Positions 57,495-64,000 of a DNA stretch of 64,000 bases are shown one piece after another. The notes beneath the pieces were generated by a model. The model did not search any database, had not been told where the DNA came from, and worked only from the letters and a program-made list of their open reading frames with translations. The DNA is from Octopus vulgaris (Eukaryota). Made by a program: the position numbers and the translations under genes. Position 1 is the first letter of the stretch, and every line of letters starts with the position of its first letter. The DNA is taken from positions 34,906,001 to 34,970,000 of the forward strand of contig OX597839.1 of NCBI GenBank assembly GCA_951406725.2, written 5' to 3'.

Positions 57495-57585
57495 TTTTTT
57501 GCAATGTGATCATTGTCTTATTACAAGATGCGGAAGGGCAATGGCCATGATAGCTTTCTTGAAGATCAAGATTTTGAACATCTGC
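57495..57585 (-). CDS. Receptor-like gene exon B
   Basis: tttatttcattttag| ... A|gtaagc; phase 0 to 1; ADVQNLDLQESYHGHCPSASCNKTMITLQK. Confidence 0.8.
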
Positions 57586-58369
57586 CTAAAATGAAATAAA
57601 TCAACAAAATTAAGAGCAGCAGATTATTTAAAATAGGTTAATAATGATGATGATAATGGTGATGAGGATGATGATGATGATGATGGTGTTGGTGGTTATG
57701 ATGATGGTAAAACATTTATAGTGTACAAGTAGTACTTTGTTTCTCAGTTTAAGATCAGTAGTGTACACAAACACACACATACACACACACAATTCATAAG
57801 GATTTAAATACTGGACTTTTGTACCTTTGACCTATATATTGCCAAAGCAAAAGGGTTAAATCCAATAATAGCAAAAGCAACAAGAATACTCTCACACCTT
57901 GTGCCTCCCCAACAAAAGAGAAACACCTACAGGCTTGTTTCCAAAGTTCTTCATGCATGAAGAATCGTGGCCCTATCCGAAACGTGGCCTCTCTATCCGA
58001 ATCGTGGCCGATGCCAGCGCCGCCTCGATTGGCTTCCGTGCCGGTGGCACGTAAAAAGCACCATCCGAATCGTGGCCGATGCCAGTGCCACCTCGACTGG
58101 CTTCCGTGCCGGTGGCACGTAAAATGCACCAATCTGACCGTGGCCGTTGCCAGCCTCGTCTGGCACCTGTGCAGGTGGCACGTAAAAAGCACCCACTACA
58201 CTCACGGAGTGGTTGGCATTAGGAAGGGCATCCAGCTGTAGAAACATTGCCAGATAAGACTGGAGCCTGGTGCAGCCTTCTGGCTTCCCAGATCCCCGGT
58301 CAAACTGTCCAACCCATGCTTGCATGGAGAACGGACATTAAACGATGATGATGATGATGATGATGATGA

Positions 58370-58984
58370 ATATAACCCCAAATTTAATCAATAAAAAATT
58401 ATTCCGAAACATCTTTCCATAACAACAGACCCTAAAAACCTAATTACCACCCCACTCAACACCACCCACCCAAAAATGATTTTAACTCAAGAGAGACTAT
58501 AAAAAGGCACCACTTACTCTAATGCATCACATAATGCTCTCATGATTTTTTTCCTTTTGCAGAGGTTACCATGGTTATTTATCGTAGGTTTTTCTTTCTA
58601 TGGATAACTCTAGTCAGTGTTATATGTTCTTCCTCTTTTGGGAATTCAAATTGTTAAAAAAATGTCACCTTGTTATCTATTTGTGACACGTCCCCAAAAA
58701 GAGAAATTCTACATTGTACTGTTCCCTCTGTGTTAAGCCCTGTGTGGCTAAATAAAGAAATCTATCTATCTGTCTATCTATATGTCTGTCTGTTTGTCTG
58801 TCTATCTGTCTGTCTGCCTGTCTATCTATCTATCTGGCTGTCTGTCTGTCTACCTGCATGTCTGTCTGTCTATCCATCTATCTATCTATCTGGCTGTCTG
58901 TCTGTCTACCTGCATGTCTGTCTGTCTATCTATCTATCTATCTATCTATCTGGCTGTCTGTCTGTCTACCTGCATGTCTGTCTG

Positions 58985-59015
<31 letters not shown>

Positions 59016-59048
59016 GGCTATCTGTCTGTCTACCTGCATGTCTGTCTG

Positions 59049-59079
<31 letters not shown>

Positions 59080-59112
59080 GGCTGTCTGTCTGTCTACCTG
59101 CATGTCTGTCTG

Positions 59113-59151
<39 letters not shown>

Positions 59152-59285
59152 GGCTGTCTGTCTGTCTACTTGCCTAACTGCGTGTCTGTCTGTATATCTA
59201 TCTATCTGTCTGTCTGTCTGTCTGTCTGTCTATATATCTATCTATCTGTCTGTCTATCTATCTGTCTATCTATTTATCTACCTAA
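58370..59285 (+). mobile_element. Tx1-like 3' end followed by a (TCTA/TCTG)n array
   Basis: gttaagccctgtgtggctaaataaagaaa|tctatctatc matches the 3' end at 28935-28970. Confidence 0.55.
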
Positions 59286-60299
59286 CACTGAAATCTACAA
59301 GTTTTTTTTTTATTCTCTCTCTGTTTCTTTTTCTCTTATTCCTTTCCGTTGCAGAGCATAAGCTTGAAACATAAAAGACTTTTTCATTTTCCCAAGCATC
59401 AAACTATTACACTCGCTTGTTGTTCATACACCTGTCTTCGTCTTTTGTTTTTCTATAAATTTCACCCAGACACATATTCTTAATCACCTGATATATATAT
59501 ATATTGATATATAAGTGCATGGCTCATAGATCCAAGTGTAGGAAGTTAGTAAGCTTTAAGCAGTCTGTGGCATGTAGAGAAAACAAAATGTGGACAGTGC
59601 GTGGTCATTAAGAATAATAATTTATTTCTATACAGCTCATGGTGAGCAACTAGTCGCAATTTATGTTCCAAACACTAGCTTAATGATAACTAAGTTGTTT
59701 TACTAAATTCTTTGTTATATTTAAAATCAATTGAAAGAAACACAGAGCATCTCAACAGAAATAGGGTAACAAAAGGGTTAAAATATATAATAGAGAAACA
59801 ATTCTTAACCCTTTCGTTACCAACCTGGCTGAAACCAGCTCTGGCTCTCTAGTTTACAAAAGTTTTTAATTAAAATCTTCCACTAAACCTTAGTCACAAT
59901 TTATGTTCCTAACACTAGCTAAATGATAGCTAAGTTATTTTACTAAATTCTTTGTTATATTTAAAATAATTGAAAGAAACACAGAGCATCTCAAAATAAA
60001 TACGGTAACGAAGGGTTTAATGCTGTTGCTGCATTATATTGTTAGAATACGACCGTACGTGATGAGTTTGGTGACATATTTCTCCTCTTGTACAGCGCAC
60101 GGCCGCATCCCAACATAATATAACATTATATATATGCCATAATAGAGAGGGAGGGAGATAGAAAAAGAGAATAAAGGAGATAAGAAAGAGGAGGGGAGAG
60201 AATAGAGAGATATCCGGTATTGGTTGGGAAGCAGCTGCCGGCAACCGTGGAGATTGGCGACGTACCTTAAAAGAGGGAATACAAAGGAGTGACAGAGAG

Positions 60300-60510
60300 A
60301 GAGGAGAAATGGAAAGACAAGAAAAGATGTCAACAAGAAACTATGACATTACAACCAGCCAAGCACCTGCCAGAGGGAGTGTTTGTCCAGGATAGGACTA
60401 CACAGCCACAGCAGGAAATGTATCAGGACATGAAATGTAAAAGCCGGACTAGACTATTTTATGTGCAACTCCATTGTCTCCCGAGACAAAAATGATAACA
60501 ACAATGCCAT
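60300..60510 (+). mobile_element. Second RTE-type LINE 3' end
   Basis: RECLSRIGLHSHSRKC terminal Zn-finger motif; tail gcaactccattgtctcccgagaca shared with 20188-20240. Confidence 0.6.
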
Positions 60511-61826
60511 AAGACTCGTTTGTATACAGTGCCAAAGTAAATGAATAAAGGACGCCAAAAACCGTTCTACTTTTATAAAGAGAAGATAGATTTTATTCAC
60601 AGTGTACAAAGTGATTTGTGATTATTAGTGTAGTGTTGTGTCATGAATGCATGCTTATAATATTTGTGTCTGTGTGTTCGTGTGTGCGACAGAAGTACAG
60701 AATATGGTGCATGCGAATACAACAGAGCATAAGAGAAGTCTCAACAATTTGAGTTAAAATGGAGTTATTTTAGAGTTATTTTACCAGTTCATGTAGTACA
60801 CGATAATGAGTTCTATAACAAGATTTGAGTCTCGGAGTGCAGATTAGTTGAATCACTTGTTGTGCATATTTTTCTCTTGATATAGATATTCTTTCAGATA
60901 TATATACTGCAACTGTTTTTCCGTGGTGAGATTTTCACACTAACAGTATGAGTTGAATCTGTATTTATCTTGTTGTGTACAAGTTGAAGTCTTCATAGAT
61001 GGAGACGATGCTGGTGATGACGTTATGTCTATCACTGGTTTACAATAGCATCTTCATAGTATGGTTGGCTTGGCTGTCGTCTGCCTTTCGAACTGGAACA
61101 TGGTTGAGTAAGCTCTGTGTGGTCTCCGACCAAGACCTTAAAAGGTCTTAAGCCGAAAGACGGCGAATCATCAAATAATCAGCCTATTTATGGAGTTAAA
61201 ATGGCTCAAATGAAAAGTCCTATCCAAAAGCTGTGCGCGAAATAAGTAGAGAGACAGACCGCACTTAGATGCTAACCAATCAGATCAGTGGACACAACAA
61301 GGTTAAACTAACCAAAGATGTTTGTAATCTCAAACAGTGAAGATAGCAATATTGCTACAATATAATGGAAAAGAGTTCTGCAATGCAGAGATGGCATTTG
61401 TTGTTAGAACTGCTACATGGTTTGGCATGAGTAACAATTCACTCTTTTATAATGCATAAAACTGAGTAATGTTTTAGCTTAAGAATGAGTCTAGAGAGAG
61501 AAGCATGGTTAGTTTTTGCTATATACATATAGTTTACTGTTTTGTTTTAGGTAGGATCAATAGAAAAACTATTTTAGTGACAGATAAATGTCATTTAATA
61601 TTCACAAAATTTTAAAAAGTGCTTCTAATAGTTTCATGCTGTAGAGATACAATAATTTGGCAGTTTTATATAACATGCCACATGTCTCCATGTAATCCTT
61701 GAAACATGTTATATAAATCTGCCAAATGAATTTCACCTCTATGGCATGAAACAATTAGTAGCTGTTTTTAATTTTTTTCTGTAATAAATGATGTGCGTGT
61801 GTGCATATATATTTCAATTTACTTAC

Positions 61827-61977
61827 CCAATAGATTTTACCCGTATCAGATTCTACAAAACTTGGCTTTGTTGCATTGTCTAATTCAAATTCAGTTTTGA
61901 AAATTTGTTGCTCCTTCTCACTTGTCATGTTCACATATTTAACCTTGTCCAAAGAAATGTGAACAAATTTGTATTTC
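61827..61977 (-). CDS. Receptor-like gene exon A (first exon found in window)
   Basis: tttgcttttatag| ... TGG|gtaagt; phase 2 to 0; KYKFVHISLDKVKYVNMTS..SDTGKIYW. Confidence 0.78.
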
Positions 61978-62216
61978 CTATAAAAGCAAAGCTCTACACT
62001 CCACATTGTGGCCTTGGTAACTAGAAAATGGTTTTAAAAAGGGGGGAAAAAAAGATTTATCAATTTTTTTAGCATGAAAATTCTTTTACGATGTGAATAG
62101 TTATATCAGTATTCTATTATTCATTTCAACCAGAAGCTGTGGGCATGACCCACCCCAGTTATGCAAGAAAAATTAGAGCAAGGTGCATATATATGCACCT
62201 TACACTAATTTTCCAC

Positions 62217-62280
<64 letters not shown>

Positions 62281-62377
62281 ATCCAAACATGAAAACACAA
62301 AGAGAAAACACAACAACGCGAGGACATGGAACAAATATAGTATTAGTGGACGGTCAGGAAGGAAGAGAAGAAGGAGG

Positions 62378-62412
62378 GCTTTACGTTTCGAGCGGAGCTC
62401 TTCGTCAGAAAC
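62378..62412 (-). ncRNA. Very small hammerhead motif in a Penelope-type short repeat (degenerate relatives at 6333-6372, 21803-21842, 59341-59380)
   Basis: gttt-CTGACGA-a-gagc-tcc-gctc-GAAA-cg-TA-aagc. Confidence 0.55.
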
Positions 62413-62487
62413 ATAGGAAAAGGAAAGATCCAGAGAAGGGAAGACGGAGGAAAAAAAATCGTCAACGGTACACATGCGGTCACATAT

Positions 62488-62535
<48 letters not shown>

Positions 62536-62583
62536 GTATGAATGTATATATGTATGTATACATATATATGTATGTATATATAT

Positions 62584-63215
62584 CAGTGGCGTGCGGTGAC
62601 TTCCGGGGCTGGGCATGCAATGAATTTCTTTGCCCCCCCCCTCGGGGGGGGGGGGCAATTTTTCAGTAAAAAAAATTTTCGAATTCCTACGATTTACACA
62701 TGGGAGATTCTGAATATGCAATCAACCCCGTATGACCTAGAATAAAAAAAAACGTCGCCCTGGTACTATTTAAGAAGAGTGGTCCCGTTGCGCGCTCGCG
62801 CATCCGCGCTGGCTAGTCGTGAATAGTCGATCCTACGACTATCTAACAAAGTAAATAAATTTTTTAAACAAAATATATAAAACACAAAGTAAATAATGTT
62901 TTTAACAAAGTAAATAAAACACAAAGTAAGGATCAACTAGTCACGACTAGCTGGCGTGGATGCTCGAGTGCGCGCACCGGGACCACTCTTCTTAAATAGT
63001 ACCCATGATTTTTAAATTGTTTGCAATACTCATCAAAATTTGTTGAAATTCGAAAGTTCCATGAATTTAAACTCTTCTAAGGATGAATATCGTGCTTTTA
63101 TTTGGTCAACTATTGTACTGATAATTTTGCTATAAAGCATTTTATAATGTCGTTGGGGCTCAATAGATATATTCTTGGATCTCTGAATTCCGATTCCTGC
63201 ATCGACTCCATATTT
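62584..63215 (-). mobile_element. Possible hAT-like remnant containing a nested foldback element
   Basis: Starts CAGTGGCGT (hAT-like terminus). 63033-63215 (-) encodes ..YKMLYSKIISTIVDQIKARYS.., resembling hAT transposases. ~70-bp inverted repeats at 62762-62833 / 62929-63003. Confidence 0.45.
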
Positions 63216-63334
63216 TTCCCCCGGGTTCAGTTCCACTGCGTGGCACCTTGGGCAAGGGTCTTCTACTATAGTCTCGGGCCGACCAAAGCCTTGTGAGTGG
63301 ATTTGTAGACGGAAACTGAAAGAAGCCCGTCGTA

Positions 63335-63395
<61 letters not shown>

Positions 63396-63621
63396 ATGTG
63401 TTTGTGTGTCTGTGTTTGTCCTCCTAGCATTGCTTGACAACCGATGCTGGTGTGTTTACATCCCCATCACTTAGCGGTTTGGCAAAAGAGACCGCTAGAA
63501 TAAGTACTGGGCTTACAAAGAGTAAGTCCCGGGGTCGATTTGCTCGACTAAAGGCGGTGCTCCAGCATGGCCGCAGTCAAATGACTGAAACAAGTAAAAG
63601 AGTAAAGAGAGAGTTATAAAG

Positions 63622-63671
<50 letters not shown>

Positions 63672-64000
63672 GTGGAAGCGCTGGTGTAAATTGTAAGTCA
63701 ATTTCAACAAAACAGAAAGATACAGAAAGTGGGTATCATGTGTTCAGCTCATAGCATGACATGCCACTGAGAGAAAGAGGAAGGGGGTACAAAATATTAT
63801 GAACAACCTTTCCTCCTAGCATCTGTTTTATCAATTCACTAAAAGAGAGAGAGGAAGGAGGGACAAACTAAGAGACAGAGAGGGGGTCATGCGGGTCATC
63901 CCACAGCATAGCCACTAAAAGAAAGAGGAAGGGGTAAAAATATTTCAAATGCCCTATCCTCTTAGCATGTCTTTTAAACAGTCACTAAGAGAGAGAGAGA

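Noticed and set aside
43233-60020. A second large palindrome centred near 51.6 kb (43.4k/59.8k and 47.7k/55.5k pairs are roughly symmetric)
   Set aside because: Both matches are transposon copies; intervening unique sequence and exons show no mirror homology and the gene runs collinearly through the region.
57495-61977. GKIYW|ADV junction as an LDL-receptor YWTD propeller repeat
   Set aside because: Occurs once; the other repeats lack YWxD and the ~43-aa periodicity, and the segment aligns better with the end of the ~105-aa module.

Overview
AT-rich animal genomic DNA saturated with microsatellites and transposable elements. The SINE and (TA)n landscape resembles an Octopus-type cephalopod genome (inference). 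Almost all ORF-track entries are repeat artefacts. Four things stand out. (1) An 11-exon, minus-strand host gene (61977 to 27058, 5' end beyond the window) whose GT-AG exons join in one open frame. It gives about 499 aa of a type-I membrane protein with at least 4 diverged ~105-aa beta-rich, PLAT/LH2-like repeats, 13 N-glycosylation sequons, one TM helix and a short Tyr-motif tail. (2) An LRAT/PLAAT (HRASLS)-family NlpC/P60 catalytic exon at ~22.1-22.5 kb. (3) A diverged inverted duplication with arms 1..~8878 and ~10393..20941, running off the left edge. (4) Many Penelope-like fragments carrying minimal type-I hammerhead ribozymes. Also present: RTE, CR1 and Tx1 LINE fragments, three tRNA-derived SINE families, non-autonomous Helitrons, piggyBac-like and 8-bp-TSD MITEs, Tc1, mariner and hAT remnants, a solo LTR and a 28-bp minisatellite. 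The region ~10.95-13.2 kb looks like low-quality sequence. Everything was read by eye and no database searches were run.
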